From a plasmid: a stretch of 64,000 bases of DNA. Below the pieces are notes generated by a model that saw nothing but the letters and a program-made list of their open reading frames with translations, had not been told where the DNA came from and searched no databases. The stretch lies in assembly GCF_054482525.1 (NCBI RefSeq), contig NZ_JBTHVG010000003.1. One strand, 5' to 3'. Shown in pieces: positions 30,437 through 41,282 of this stretch (positions are counted from its first letter, which is position 1; each line of letters starts with the position of its first letter). The position numbers were made by a program, and so were the translations under genes.

Positions 30437-31057
30437 TTAATCAGCCTCAAGATTCTGGAACTCAATGAGCTTTTGCTCACACTCCTCCCTGCCCCACGAT
30501 CCCTGCCAGTCACAGATGTCCCGGTACTTACTTTCCAGCTTATCCATCTGTGCGAGATTAGCTGTTGCGAAGTCTGTCCATATGTCATGCCAGCAAGCGT
30601 TGTACGTAACGCCAGCTGGTGGACAATACTCCATTGCATCAGCATTAATAATTTCAACGCGAAGATCGGTTGCAAACGAGGCTGCAACGAGGTTAATAAC
30701 ATCCTGTTCTTTTTCGATTACCGTGACATGGGTTACATCGTCTTTCTGAAGAATGGCGTGGAGCACCATACCAAGACCAAGACCATTAATGAGCACCCGC
30801 CCGGTGGCTCGCTCTATAAAATCCTGGCAGGTTCGGATCTCCATCGGGGTATTGGACATCACCACATCCCAGCCGTTGGACAAGCGGCGATATCTACCGG
30901 GCGGGATAAACTCATCTGTATTACCAGTACACTCGGCACGAAGGGCGAGGGTCAGCGCCTTATCTGTGGTAATTTCGAAAGTGTCCAGTTTCCAAGTTCC
31001 GGACTTGCCGTCTTTAACGGGTAAATCAGAAAAGCAGCTCTTCATCGAGGCAACCAA
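30437..31057 (-). CDS. class I SAM-dependent methyltransferase (substrate unknown)
   Basis: Gly-rich SAM loop 'VLINGLGLGMV' and downstream acidic motif. Confidence 0.5.
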   Translation of the reverse strand: MVASMKSCFSDLPVKDGKSGTWKLDTFEITTDKALTLALRAECTGNTDEFIPPGRYRRLSNGWDVVMSNTPMEIRTCQDFIERATGRVLINGLGLGMVLHAILQKDDVTHVTVIEKEQDVINLVAASFATDLRVEIINADAMEYCPPAGVTYNACWHDIWTDFATANLAQMDKLESKYRDICDWQGSWGREECEQKLIEFQNLEAD

Positions 31058-31200
31058 AATTCCAGTAGTTTTGTTACGCTGAACCTACCACAAACCCGCT
31101 CTTAATGAAGGCATCAGGAGCGATAGCGATCTTTGAGGCATCGTTTAAAACAGCGGCATCCTGTAACAGACACCCGATATTTTTTTTAATGCCGCAGGTG

Positions 31201-31458
31201 TTAAAGGTAGCGTTGCAAAGTTGCAACATCTTCAGGGGCAACCTCCACGCAGCTCCTGACACTGTAGTGATTTTCGCCGTTGTAGTCATAAACCCCACCG
31301 TCTTCAAAACTCAGCTGTTCAACCTCGCCAGCACACTCGGAAATCAGTGCCGTCTGGCAAGCATTTTTCTCACAATCGCTGACGAGTATACGAACATAGC
31401 TTTTCTCATGGTCGCCGTTACGGTTCTGGATCTTTACGATAAAGTGTTTTTCAGACAT
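31201..31458 (-). CDS. hypothetical small protein
   Basis: ORF. Confidence 0.3.
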   Translation of the reverse strand: MSEKHFIVKIQNRNGDHEKSYVRILVSDCEKNACQTALISECAGEVEQLSFEDGGVYDYNGENHYSVRSCVEVAPEDVATLQRYL

Positions 31459-31522
31459 TTGTGCCTCCAGCTCAGGTTGAGGTTAATTTAGCGTTGCCCC
31501 GGTTCACCGGGGCAAGAATAAA

Positions 31523-31951
31523 TCAACCCTTAATGAAATTGTGCCCCCAGGTGTTAGGCTTAAATGCCTGCTCTTTGATATATGTTTTCATTACCTTGCA
31601 GGTTTTTTTCAGGGCTTTGGTATTGGCATCGGTTACTGGGATAAAATGGCGAGAATGACGGTTTTCCCGGTACTGCTTATCAGCGTTTGGGTCAATTGCT
31701 TCGCTTTGCAGGAGCCCTTCGTGCCTGCCAATTACTATTACGTAGTTCATTTCACCTGAAACACGATCCGTGAGTAATTGAAGGGAAATATCAGCTGCTC
31801 GCGTGGCCTGGCTTGCAGATATTTTTGCATGCAAGAAAGCCCCCTTTCTGAATTTGGCCGGAGTTAGCCCTGTAATATCCTCAACACTAAAATTAAGTGA
31901 GGAAAGAATTGAAAATAAGTCGCAGCTAATGACTTCAGTATTATTAGGCAT
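31523..31951 (-). CDS. hypothetical protein
   Basis: ORF; GGTTATTAG-like box upstream. Confidence 0.35.
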   Translation of the reverse strand: MPNNTEVISCDLFSILSSLNFSVEDITGLTPAKFRKGAFLHAKISASQATRAADISLQLLTDRVSGEMNYVIVIGRHEGLLQSEAIDPNADKQYRENRHSRHFIPVTDANTKALKKTCKVMKTYIKEQAFKPNTWGHNFIKG

Positions 31952-32045
31952 TTTACCCGTCCCCGTCCATATTCATGATACGGTAATGATACCAGGTCGA
32001 TATCATTACCTAATAACTTGGTGAAAGAAAATCTGTAATTTTTAG

Positions 32046-32423
32046 TTAACTAAAATTAATAGTCTCAATACTGCTCAAGAATTCTTTTTTTACGTCCGGT
32101 GTAAAAGGTATACGTTCAATGTATTTATAAAGTGTCGCAAATGTTTTGGGTTCAATGTTTCGGGAGATAATGTCATCAATCGGATCTTCGAACATATTGA
32201 TAAAGATATCGACATGCTGCTCTCCGCTTTCTGATGCCTTTGAAAGAAGACTGACCACTTCAATGTAGCGATTATCCTGCTCTGCAATGAACAACCAGTG
32301 CCCTTCGTTAAAGGCGGGTGCAGCGCTGTAGCGTTTAACAACAATTTCTGAAAGATTATATCCTGCCTGATTCAGCAGATTATTAAAGTTGAGTTGAGTT
32401 GAAATCACGTCTAACGTTTTCAT
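32046..32423 (-). CDS. hypothetical protein
   Basis: ORF; both upstream motifs present. Confidence 0.35.
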   Translation of the reverse strand: MKTLDVISTQLNFNNLLNQAGYNLSEIVVKRYSAAPAFNEGHWLFIAEQDNRYIEVVSLLSKASESGEQHVDIFINMFEDPIDDIISRNIEPKTFATLYKYIERIPFTPDVKKEFLSSIETINFS

Positions 32424-32469
32424 AAAACCTCCTTTTCATCTGTACTTATTATACTGTTACCCAACCCCC

Positions 32470-32487
32470 AGCTAATAACCTCCCAGC
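32470..32487 (-). promoter_or_regulatory. GGTTATTAGC-type box
   Basis: ctgggaggttattagctg ~50 nt 5' of start 32423. Confidence 0.35.
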
Positions 32488-32590
32488 AAATTTTCAGAAA
32501 AAAAACACCGCCTTTTATTTAAGATTGAACACATCCTTTTTAAATACCAACAATGATTATGAAACCACAATGTAAGTGAAGCGCCATTAT

Positions 32591-32606
32591 GGAAAAGTAA
32601 CTTTTG
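32591..32606. promoter_or_regulatory. palindromic motif copy (ggaaaagtaacttttg)
   Basis: Read directly; 5' of 32046-32423. Confidence 0.4.
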
Positions 32607-32830
32607 TGCAGCTCATAAATTTTATTTATTAGTTACGTTCCTTTGTCTTGTGGTCGAAGTTCATCAGGCGAGGCCTAAGAAGAATATGTGTGGTTTCAGC
32701 CAATGCGGTGATCGGGCATTATAATTTGGTCGGGCTATTATACGTGGGTAAAGGTAGTGGTAGGGAGAGGATCAGGTTAAATTGCATTTTCCCGGTTGCC
32801 TTCCCTGGCCTACCGGTTTCAGGTCAGACG

Positions 32831-33874
32831 CTAAGACCAGCGGTAATACTTAAAGTAGTCCTCATTTACAGCCAAAAACTCCCTTAAACCGTTCATTAAT
32901 CCCTTTTCAAACGCTGTAACGATAAACCGGTATCCGTCCAGTGTTTCAATGTAGTAGATCCCGCCCGGTGTTATTCCAACATGCAACACCTCGGCTGTCA
33001 TCATAAACTGGCCTTCCGGAAAATCATGCGACAGGTATATAAAACCCGTCGTGGCCGGTGCGGGTGTGGCATTCACTAAGACACCGTTAAACTGCTGCCC
33101 GTGCCTCGCCGGTACAAGCTCACTTCCCCTGGTTGACTTATCGAGCAGCCCCTTAACATCTTTTTGCTCTTTAGATGAGGTATAGCCCCGCACATCACTC
33201 CCATCACCTGGGCGAGAGCCGGTGCCGACATGTGCAAGACGACGGTAAGCGCTGCGCATATTGATGTGGCAGGATGCCCCGGCTCTACCCTGAAGCCTTA
33301 CGCCAAAATCTTCGCAAAGTAATAAAATCTGACGTAGCTGGTGTTCATACACGGACGCAGAAAGTGAAAGGTTGAAACTGGAAAAGGTCAGTTCTAAAAC
33401 CTTTTCCCGTTTGTCATTGAAATGTGCTTCCAGCCTGATGATTGGCTTTTCCGACATTGCAAAAGCTTTGTCCGTTGCTCTGTACCGGCATTCATCTCCG
33501 AAACATTCTTCAACAACGCTGGCTATAACCGTGTCGTGATCGCCATCTTCCGGAGCTGGCACAAAGATTTCAAATTGTGCCGGTGTCTCCGGCTCCAGCA
33601 GAACGGGATATAAACGCGGAGAATTAAGCAATGCGCATTCAGAATTAATGAGCTTAACCCAGGCGCTTTTGTCGTCCGGATCCTTAAGCTGCTGTCCAAG
33701 GTTATCGCAAAAGTCTACTATCTGACGGGTATGCTCATCCGTGACTGCACAGATCAGGTTAAGACCATGCGTGGCCATACTCAATTCCCGGGTTCGGGAC
33801 TGGGAATTGATCGACCAGGGGTTAAGTGAAAGCGAAATAGGGCTTATGGAAGGGACGACCGTCTCATTCTGCAA
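32831..33874 (-). CDS. hypothetical protein
   Basis: 347-aa ORF downstream of higB-like gene; no HTH recognised. Confidence 0.4.
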   Translation of the reverse strand: MQNETVVPSISPISLSLNPWSINSQSRTRELSMATHGLNLICAVTDEHTRQIVDFCDNLGQQLKDPDDKSAWVKLINSECALLNSPRLYPVLLEPETPAQFEIFVPAPEDGDHDTVIASVVEECFGDECRYRATDKAFAMSEKPIIRLEAHFNDKREKVLELTFSSFNLSLSASVYEHQLRQILLLCEDFGVRLQGRAGASCHINMRSAYRRLAHVGTGSRPGDGSDVRGYTSSKEQKDVKGLLDKSTRGSELVPARHGQQFNGVLVNATPAPATTGFIYLSHDFPEGQFMMTAEVLHVGITPGGIYYIETLDGYRFIVTAFEKGLMNGLREFLAVNEDYFKYYRWS

Positions 33875-34020
33875 ATCTGTAAGCTGGCAGTTCGCAGTAG
33901 GCTTCGGGGAAAGGGTACTAAATATGTAACTTGCCTATTGTTTAGTACTGGCCTGGATATAAAACATCGCGTCCATGCTTGTATCCCGGGATGAAATTGA
34001 AAATAGCTTCATTTTTAACC

Positions 34021-34317
34021 TTAATGGATGAGCGATTTATAGTCATGTGCTGACAAATGGACATTATGTGCGCCATCATTCCATTCAAAGAATAATCGAT
34101 ACTTAGAGTTTACTCGAATGGAGGAATAACGGTTTGACGTCATTCTTAAGCGTTCATAACGCAAGCTGTTGGATAATAACTCCCGCTCACTCTGGACATT
34201 ATCCAGCGTTTCGAGTCGACACAGAATCGCGTTAATAATTTCAGAAGGAATACCTGCCGTTGTTTTTCCATTACGGAAGAACTTTTCAAGCCGTCTGTCT
34301 TTAAATGAATGGATCAT
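34021..34317 (-). CDS. higB: HigB-like toxin (RelE/ParE superfamily)
   Basis: 'FKDRRLEKFF...IPSEIINAILCRLETLD...SIRVNSKYRLFFEWNDG' aligns by eye to HigB toxins. Confidence 0.6.
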   Translation of the reverse strand: MIHSFKDRRLEKFFRNGKTTAGIPSEIINAILCRLETLDNVQSERELLSNSLRYERLRMTSNRYSSIRVNSKYRLFFEWNDGAHNVHLSAHDYKSLIH

Positions 34318-34366
34318 AGTTCCTCCGTAATAATTGACCTTAAAATTAAATTAAAAGGGCTTTGAA

Positions 34367-34837
34367 TTAATGAATCCCTAAAATGCGGGCGGCGACTGCC
34401 AGCTGCTTATCACTTAACTGACGCTGGTGGGTTAAAGAAGACTTAAGGCTTTCCAGAAAATTATTACTGCTGGATTGCTGGGTGATTGCATCAACCATTT
34501 TTTGATGAGATCTGCACCATGCATTGAACGCAGAGTTGTGGGCGTTTTCAGTCCTCAAACGCTCGTTTTGCAAGGATGCTGACACTTTGCGGGCAGCTTG
34601 AGCATTAATGCGGTACAGCGCATTCAGCGTGTAAGCAGTGCGGGTCGTTTCGAGGCTGTAACCCGTGGCTTTACAAGCCATACAGCGACTTCTATAAAAA
34701 TGCTTACGCTCTCCCCGACCATTGCATTTATCGCAAAGAATACGAAAAGTATATTCCGCAGTACCTTTTACAGAATCAACACAGCGGATTTTTGCGCTGG
34801 AGATTTCAATTCCACTGCGATCATAATATTTGGTCAT
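34367..34837 (-). CDS. hypothetical protein with Cys-rich zinc-ribbon-like segment
   Basis: 'CDKCNGRGE...CMACKATGY'; both upstream motif types in its leader. Confidence 0.4.
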   Translation of the reverse strand: MTKYYDRSGIEISSAKIRCVDSVKGTAEYTFRILCDKCNGRGERKHFYRSRCMACKATGYSLETTRTAYTLNALYRINAQAARKVSASLQNERLRTENAHNSAFNAWCRSHQKMVDAITQQSSSNNFLESLKSSLTHQRQLSDKQLAVAARILGIH

Positions 34838-34888
34838 AATGTGATTCCTCCGGTTAGTTCTGGAGTAATCATGACAGAATGAATCTAC

Positions 34889-34905
34889 TGGCTAATAACC
34901 TGAGA
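34889..34905 (-). promoter_or_regulatory. CTCAGGTTATTAGCC-type box
   Basis: ctcaggttattagccag ~55 nt 5' of start 34837. Confidence 0.35.
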
Positions 34906-35271
34906 GTAAATATTTTAAAAAAACATTGAGAGAGGGTCTGCAAATTTATACACGAAGGATTCAAATATAATTTTGTTTAAAAAATTAAGAGCATTCTGAA
35001 GTAAAAGTGCATCAAAAAGCATTCATGGATAAATCATGTACTGGTGCCAGCCATTTAAACGCGGGCATTGTTCCGGAGTGATTAAACGGTTTAGCATCAT
35101 AGATTAAAACCAAAAGGAAGGCGTCCTTCCCGTCTCGGGAATATTACTTTCCCGTTTGCAATTTAAGAGCCACTTAATGAGAAAGTAATAATTAAGTCAT
35201 GCTCAACTCTACATATTACATTGAGGATGGCGTAACAGGGTACGGCATACTACCGCACCCTTCTGAAGAGC

Positions 35272-37662
35272 TTATGTTTGAGGGAATTCTATAGCAAATG
35301 TGGCCGTGCCAGATTGACCACTTACAGCGGGAGTAACGGGATACGTGCGCTCTTCACCATTACCAAGATCCAGTGACAGCGATTTAGTTTCACCAGGCTG
35401 GACCGTAACTCCGGCAACCGTAACGCCGAACTGGGCATTTTTCTGAACAGTCAGGGTTCCGTTTAACTGTCCGGTAATGATAGAACCGTCCTGACGCCGC
35501 AACACACTGGTTCGGATGATGGCCAGCGGCGTGTTGTCCGTTGCTTTCAGTGCTACGGCTGTGGCCAGCGTCTTGAGATTATCCAGCATAATCAGATTCG
35601 CAGGCTGGTAGGTAAAATTAAGCGTTTTAGTGGTCCGGTTACCTGATTCGTCAATAGCCAGTGCCTCCAGATGATACATCTGTCCCGATTCGTCAGTGTT
35701 GGGGAAGATTCTGGGGTATTCCGGAATAAAGACATCCTTGGATAACGGCGTGAATGCCAGGGTGACCTTTTCAGAGTTAGGTCCACCAGCGAGCTGAAGC
35801 GATGTCAGGGAAGCATCCCCAGAGGCATCAGTAACGCTTATGCGAAGGTTCTCAAGCCCTTTAACCAGTTTTCCTTCTGCGTCTGCGCCATTAAAACTGA
35901 ACGCGATAACCGGAAGCGTTGAGTCAATTTTCAGCGGTGCATTAAGCGTTTTGGTTCCGGTGTTTCCAACAAGATCCGTGGCAGAGACGCTAACCACCGT
36001 ATAATCCCCGTCCGGTAGACCAGCGTATGAGAAGGTGGCGTTTTTGGTTTTATAATCGCTTTCACTGACGGTCACAGGCTTCAGCGTGAAAGGTTCCCCC
36101 CGGGCATTTTTAAGGGTGGCTTCGAAAACTTTGGTATCCCAGTAGCTGATGTTCCAGGCGTTGACGCGATCATTATCGGTGGCCGTCATAGTGATTGTCT
36201 TGGAGGCCTTGTTTACCTGAGCGACATTAACCACCGGTGGGTTGTTATCCCAGATAACCGTAAAATTACCAGCAAGCGCATCGAATATGCTGTCACCATC
36301 TTTTCCCGAGTAAAGGTGCAGATACTCAAATCCTTTGTCACTGGTGTAGTTGAAGTTAACCGTCATCTCGCATGAACTTTGTCCGATAGGTATAGTGCAG
36401 AACCAGGCTGCATTTTTTACCGTTCTGAACTTTTGCACGTATGGTCGGGGTTCAGCGGTTACCTTTATGCGGCTAATGGTGGCGGTTTTAACGCTGATTG
36501 AGGCCTGAGTTAACCACTCACTGGTATCACTCCGGTACATCTCTTTAGCCACTATCTTCGGGGCTATTTCCATCGCCGGGGCTGGAGTGAAGTTGAGGGA
36601 GTTATGATGAATTCGTCTTACTCCTCCTGCCAGAGTCTGGAATTCATGATAAGTATCCCCCACATTGGGATATATGTATTTGAAAGTATAAATATTATAA
36701 GTGCTATCGGACGTCTGGAAATTCGAGTCCGCCCAGCCATATTTGGAACCGTTAACAGCAGTAAAGTCACTTTTTTTCCTTAATACCCGTACGGAAATAG
36801 GGTTCTGGAAGACGGTCATGCCAGACTGATAAGTGACCCATGATCCGGTAGTGGCGTCCTGCACCTGGATGATATCGTCAGGCTTAACCCGATCAATTAC
36901 GCTTCGGCGGCTTAGTTCGATCCTGTTTCCCGCTTTGTCATAAAGGTAGATCCCCACTTTATATTCAGAGCGGTTTTCCGGTGCCAGGGCATTGCTGCTT
37001 GCGTCGGCGACTTGAACGGTTACGCTACCTTCCACTGTATTAATTTCCGCTGGCTTTTTACGCTCCACTCCAGCGGCATCGGTTATGAAATATTCAGCAT
37101 TAGCAAGCCCGGAACCTTTATCACTCAGTCCATTAAAGACCAGTGCCTGGACGCTGGCGTACTGCATACCGGCTGGTACTGAAGTGAAGATCGCTTCGCT
37201 GCCAAAGTTCCACCCGTTTCTCGTATAACTTATGGTACCCGTTGCCGGAGGCGTTCGGTCAATTGCAAGCGGGTAATCCTGCCGGGAGACCTCCTTCCCT
37301 TGCAAGTCGGTAATCACCTCTCTGAGGGTGAAGCTATCTTCTCCCATCGCTGGTACGGTCAGAGTCTTGCCGTAATAATCAAAGCCTGTCGAAGATGTGG
37401 TACGGTCATCTACGGTAACCAGGCTGCTTTTCGTGCTCCAGATGAGGCTCCCGTCACTTTTCAGCAGACTGAGCGTAATATAACGGTCCAGACCGGAAAT
37501 AACGGCAACGTCAAAGCTCGTTACCGGATTAATCCATACGGATGCAGGCGATACGGTCTTTTTAACGTTCAGGGTATCTTTAAAGCTGAATTCTGCGATT
37601 TCAGCGGAAGCTCCTGCGCTGAAACCTGCAAATGCAATAAGCAGGGCTAGTTTGATTTTCAT
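35272..37662 (-). CDS. large secreted protein, paralog A
   Basis: Signal peptide 'MKIKLALLIAFAGFSAGASA'; probable start 37662 with AGGAG RBS (ORF-track start 37689); ~800 aa sharing N-terminal 'FKDT..ISGLDR', 'LENLRI' and 'PEYPRIFPN' blocks with paralogs B and C. Confidence 0.6.
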   Translation of the reverse strand: MKIKLALLIAFAGFSAGASAEIAEFSFKDTLNVKKTVSPASVWINPVTSFDVAVISGLDRYITLSLLKSDGSLIWSTKSSLVTVDDRTTSSTGFDYYGKTLTVPAMGEDSFTLREVITDLQGKEVSRQDYPLAIDRTPPATGTISYTRNGWNFGSEAIFTSVPAGMQYASVQALVFNGLSDKGSGLANAEYFITDAAGVERKKPAEINTVEGSVTVQVADASSNALAPENRSEYKVGIYLYDKAGNRIELSRRSVIDRVKPDDIIQVQDATTGSWVTYQSGMTVFQNPISVRVLRKKSDFTAVNGSKYGWADSNFQTSDSTYNIYTFKYIYPNVGDTYHEFQTLAGGVRRIHHNSLNFTPAPAMEIAPKIVAKEMYRSDTSEWLTQASISVKTATISRIKVTAEPRPYVQKFRTVKNAAWFCTIPIGQSSCEMTVNFNYTSDKGFEYLHLYSGKDGDSIFDALAGNFTVIWDNNPPVVNVAQVNKASKTITMTATDNDRVNAWNISYWDTKVFEATLKNARGEPFTLKPVTVSESDYKTKNATFSYAGLPDGDYTVVSVSATDLVGNTGTKTLNAPLKIDSTLPVIAFSFNGADAEGKLVKGLENLRISVTDASGDASLTSLQLAGGPNSEKVTLAFTPLSKDVFIPEYPRIFPNTDESGQMYHLEALAIDESGNRTTKTLNFTYQPANLIMLDNLKTLATAVALKATDNTPLAIIRTSVLRRQDGSIITGQLNGTLTVQKNAQFGVTVAGVTVQPGETKSLSLDLGNGEERTYPVTPAVSGQSGTATFAIEFPQT

Positions 37663-38157
37663 GGGTTGTCTCCTGATCAGGTTCCCCATGATACTTTTTC
37701 AGTGTTCGAGATCTTTTCGGGAAAATAGCTAATTTTAATGTTTTTCTTTTCTGCCCGGCGGGACCTGTTTTGTTCCATTTTTATCAGTGAATGTAATGAG
37801 ACCGATTCGTCCACTGTTAACAGTGTAAAAGCGAGGTTGAAAGCCAGCTTTGAGAAGGTTTTCAATAGCTGAAAAAAAATCTTTTTTGAGCATTGGTTTC
37901 AAGATGGTTTTCCTTTTATGCCCGGTGCCGCCGGGACGGTGGCATTAAATATACGCCATGTAAGTAAATTAATTTTTACCCATTTGATTGTCAATACAAA
38001 CAAAAAATAAACCATGTTTATTATTTTACCAGCGATGCTATTTTAAAGTCCGTCTAAAATAAAAAACCAAAAAGTTAAATTTGAAGCCATCCTTCCTAAA
38101 TTCATTTCTTGCGCATATTAGCCCCTGCTTTAAGTATATAATTTTTGAAAAAGTTGT

Positions 38158-38176
38158 CTGGAGGTTATTAGCTCGT
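38158..38176 (+). promoter_or_regulatory. GGTTATTAGC-type box (plus-strand gene)
   Basis: ctggaggttattagctcg ~50 nt 5' of ATG 38223. Confidence 0.35.
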
Positions 38177-38222
38177 GCATCTGGATTGTTAATATAAAGC
38201 CAACACAGAAAAGGAAAACAAA

Positions 38223-38987
38223 ATGTATAAATTAGTATCTCCTCGTGAACTGACTGAGATTATTACCGGTTTACTGCTTAAACCTGAACTCCTTGGTGAG
38301 CTGGACTCACCAGAAAAGCATCGGATGTTTATGGCAGATTTAGGCCGGGTGGTGGCAGAACATTGTGGAGGTCTGGTAAACAGCGTCGTCTTGCCAGGAG
38401 CTGAAGTTACAGTGCCGGATGGGTTACCGCTTAACGGCCAGCCAGTACGTTATCTCGGAATCAAAGAGAGCATCCCTCACCTCCTTGTAGAGCCTGATGC
38501 TTCCTTACCTTCGCTCGCTAAAAACGTCTGGATGTATGCAGATCCTGAAGGCTGGAAAGAACATTTTGGAGCTGAGGAAGACTGCCTTACTCATGAAATG
38601 ATGCAGCTGTTCCGTAAAGGTATCCAGGCTCTTCAGAAGGAGCATGATACCCCTGAAATTAGCCTCACACTTCAGGACTGGCGCCTGGAGGAGGAAACAC
38701 TGAGAGAAGAGGACAGTCAGGCCTATCAGGTCAGCGTTACCGGCCAACATAACATCCACTGTGAAGTTGTTAACAAGGAAGGTAACCCCTGTTTTGGTGT
38801 CATGTTCGAAATCGATCAGGGTGTGCCTGCCTTACACATCAACACCGGCGGGGATATGTTGCTCCACATTCATTGCGCCCATAACGGACTCGTTCTGACC
38901 CCTGATGCAAGCGGTCAGCGATTTGAGAAGGCTCCCGTTGACCGCTTCGCTTATAACAGCCCATCCCTGCTGTTGTCTGCCGACTAA
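38223..38987 (+). CDS. hypothetical protein
   Basis: ORF; GGTTATTAG box ~50 bp upstream on plus strand. Confidence 0.4.
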   Translation: MYKLVSPRELTEIITGLLLKPELLGELDSPEKHRMFMADLGRVVAEHCGGLVNSVVLPGAEVTVPDGLPLNGQPVRYLGIKESIPHLLVEPDASLPSLAKNVWMYADPEGWKEHFGAEEDCLTHEMMQLFRKGIQALQKEHDTPEISLTLQDWRLEEETLREEDSQAYQVSVTGQHNIHCEVVNKEGNPCFGVMFEIDQGVPALHINTGGDMLLHIHCAHNGLVLTPDASGQRFEKAPVDRFAYNSPSLLLSAD

Positions 38988-39004
38988 CCAAGGCCAAATC
39001 TGAA

Positions 39005-39829
39005 TTGTCCTGTTTAAGTAACCAACCCGCTGCCGCCAGGCGGGTAAATCCTCTTAATGGAGTTTTAATGCAAATCTCAACTGAAGTTCTGAACGTCTTA
39101 TCTCGCTGCCGTGCTGAAGGGAACTTTCTTTTCCTGGCCGACCAGCTCGACCGCAGCATTTATGTTAAGACAAACAAAGTGCTGGAAGCTGCCGGTGGCA
39201 AATGGAACCGAAAAGAGCAGGCACATATTTTTACGGCGGATGCAGCTGAGCGTATCGAGCAAATCATTCTGACAGGTTCGGTCGACATCCCACGTGATTT
39301 GTTCAATTTCTTCCCTACCCCTGAGAATTTAGTCACAGATATGGTTCTACGCGCTGAACCAGCTGCCGGGGAACGTGTTCTGGAGCCTGAGTTTGGTGAT
39401 GGCCGCATTCTGAAAGCCTTAAAACTGGCGGCTCCGGATGCATTGATTACCGGGATCGAATTGAACGATGAGCGATTCCTTGCAGTGAAGAACGATAGTG
39501 TCCTTAGCACAGGGGCCGAGCTGGTGCATACCGACTTTCTTGGGTACCAGCCCGATGAAACTTTTGATGTTATCGTTATGAATCCACCATTCCTTAAACG
39601 CTCTGACGTTAAACATGTCATGCATGCCATCGCAATGCTCGCTAAGCGAGGTCGCTTACAGGCCATTCTGTCAGCTGGGGTATTGTTCCGGGAAGACACA
39701 CTGACAAAAGCGCTCAGGGAGCGAGTCAAACAACTTGGCGGACAAATTTCGCCTCTTCCGGATGATACATTTAGGGAGTCCGGAACAAAGGTCAAAACAG
39801 CCCGCCTTGAAATTGATCTTCGCCGCTAA
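39005..39829 (+). CDS. N6-adenine DNA methyltransferase-like protein (short form)
   Basis: SAM motif 'VLEPEFGDG', motif IV 'VIVMNPPF'; core paralogous to C-terminus of 56156-57847 (shared 'ITGIEL'). Confidence 0.6.
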   Translation: MSCLSNQPAAARRVNPLNGVLMQISTEVLNVLSRCRAEGNFLFLADQLDRSIYVKTNKVLEAAGGKWNRKEQAHIFTADAAERIEQIILTGSVDIPRDLFNFFPTPENLVTDMVLRAEPAAGERVLEPEFGDGRILKALKLAAPDALITGIELNDERFLAVKNDSVLSTGAELVHTDFLGYQPDETFDVIVMNPPFLKRSDVKHVMHAIAMLAKRGRLQAILSAGVLFREDTLTKALRERVKQLGGQISPLPDDTFRESGTKVKTARLEIDLRR

Positions 39830-39922
39830 CTGACAAGCAACCGGAAAGAAATCTTAATACGAGTAGCCGGTTAAAGTTACCTGACCGGCTTAACTGACTA
39901 AATCAATAAAGAGTGAACAGAA

Positions 39923-40186
39923 ATGACGCATACTGCCGTTTCTCAGGCTAATAGTGCTTTGCAGCTACCCACGCTGGAGCATGTCTACGCACTTCTGAAA
40001 GCAAATTGTAAACCTGACCGCTTTGACGGGCGTGACGGACCCGTGTGGGGCCAGGAATACTCGTGGAATCTGGCAAAAGATCGCTTACAGGATCTGGAGA
40101 AATACGGTAAGGCATATGTCTCCCGTCATGAAGACCGTATGGGGGAAGGATTTAGTTTTGGTCCTGACCTGTTAATTATTCGCTAA
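39923..40186 (+). CDS. hypothetical small protein
   Basis: ORF. Confidence 0.3.
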   Translation: MTHTAVSQANSALQLPTLEHVYALLKANCKPDRFDGRDGPVWGQEYSWNLAKDRLQDLEKYGKAYVSRHEDRMGEGFSFGPDLLIIR

Positions 40187-40206
40187 CGCTCTTAAGGCCT
40201 GATGAT

Positions 40207-40818
40207 ATGGTAAGCACAACTGGAAAAAATATGTTTTCAAAGCCTATGACCACTTTCACACCAGAACGTATTGAACAAATTTTGGAATTTTCCGAGGGTA
40301 GTAACCCAAGCGAAGCAATGAGTCTTAGAGCTGACGAAGTTGCTGTACTGGCACGTATTGGAAAGGCAGTTATGTCGATTGCGCCTGTTTATCAGTGCGA
40401 GTTTTGCCACCATGACGCAACCGGGCAACTTCAGTGGCACTGGGAAGATGTGAACAAAGCTTTTTATGATAAATACGATCCAGACAGACGCGGAAGACGT
40501 CGAATCCTCTATACCGCCCCGCCGATGCCTTTAGTTTCGGCTGACCTGCTTAACATGGCTTCATCTGCTATTGAAGACTTGCTCACTAACAAAGACAGAA
40601 GTGGTGCGGGAATGTGGAATGACATTCCAGAACAGCTACGACGCGCAGCAGAACTGGTAATGGATAATAGCCGGGCCGCTGAAATAGAAGCGATGCTGAT
40701 GCGTCTTTATGTAGAATGTGACACCGGTGAGCGCAGAGGCAACGGCAGTCAATCTGGCGTAGCAATGCCTTCGTGGCAAACCGTTGAAGAGGCACGTGTG
40801 TTGCTGGGGGTGAAATGA
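40207..40818 (+). CDS. hypothetical protein
   Basis: ORF. Confidence 0.35.
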   Translation: MVSTTGKNMFSKPMTTFTPERIEQILEFSEGSNPSEAMSLRADEVAVLARIGKAVMSIAPVYQCEFCHHDATGQLQWHWEDVNKAFYDKYDPDRRGRRRILYTAPPMPLVSADLLNMASSAIEDLLTNKDRSGAGMWNDIPEQLRRAAELVMDNSRAAEIEAMLMRLYVECDTGERRGNGSQSGVAMPSWQTVEEARVLLGVK

Positions 40819-41282
40819 TGCAGTTCTCGCCAGGGCAGTTTGTAATTCACAACAAGAAGCGCCTTGCGGAACGAAGGTAGACGTACTGACTGAGGTTCAC
40901 TCCCCTCTCGACTGGTGGCGTAATACCGCCAGGTTTTGATTCATATATGCCGTCCGTTAACGCATTTATATCTGTCATACCTAATTTATCCTGATTCTTT
41001 TTTACACAAAGTAAAAGCATCACTTAATGCGATATGTGGATGCCGATAGTTTCAGGCTAATGTTATAAGTTTTGCAATCGTTGCCAGTTTGGATACCACA
41101 GCAATGTCAGATGTAATTCCAAAAAGAAAGATTTACGTCCTGAACGCACAATAAGGTTTGTCGAAAGGCAAATTATAGATTTGTAATTTCGAGCACCATA
41201 TGGAGAAGTTTTTTATACTTTTACGAACATAGTGACCTTTAGGAAAAGCTTAAAATAACACCAAACCTAAAGGGGAATAAGA

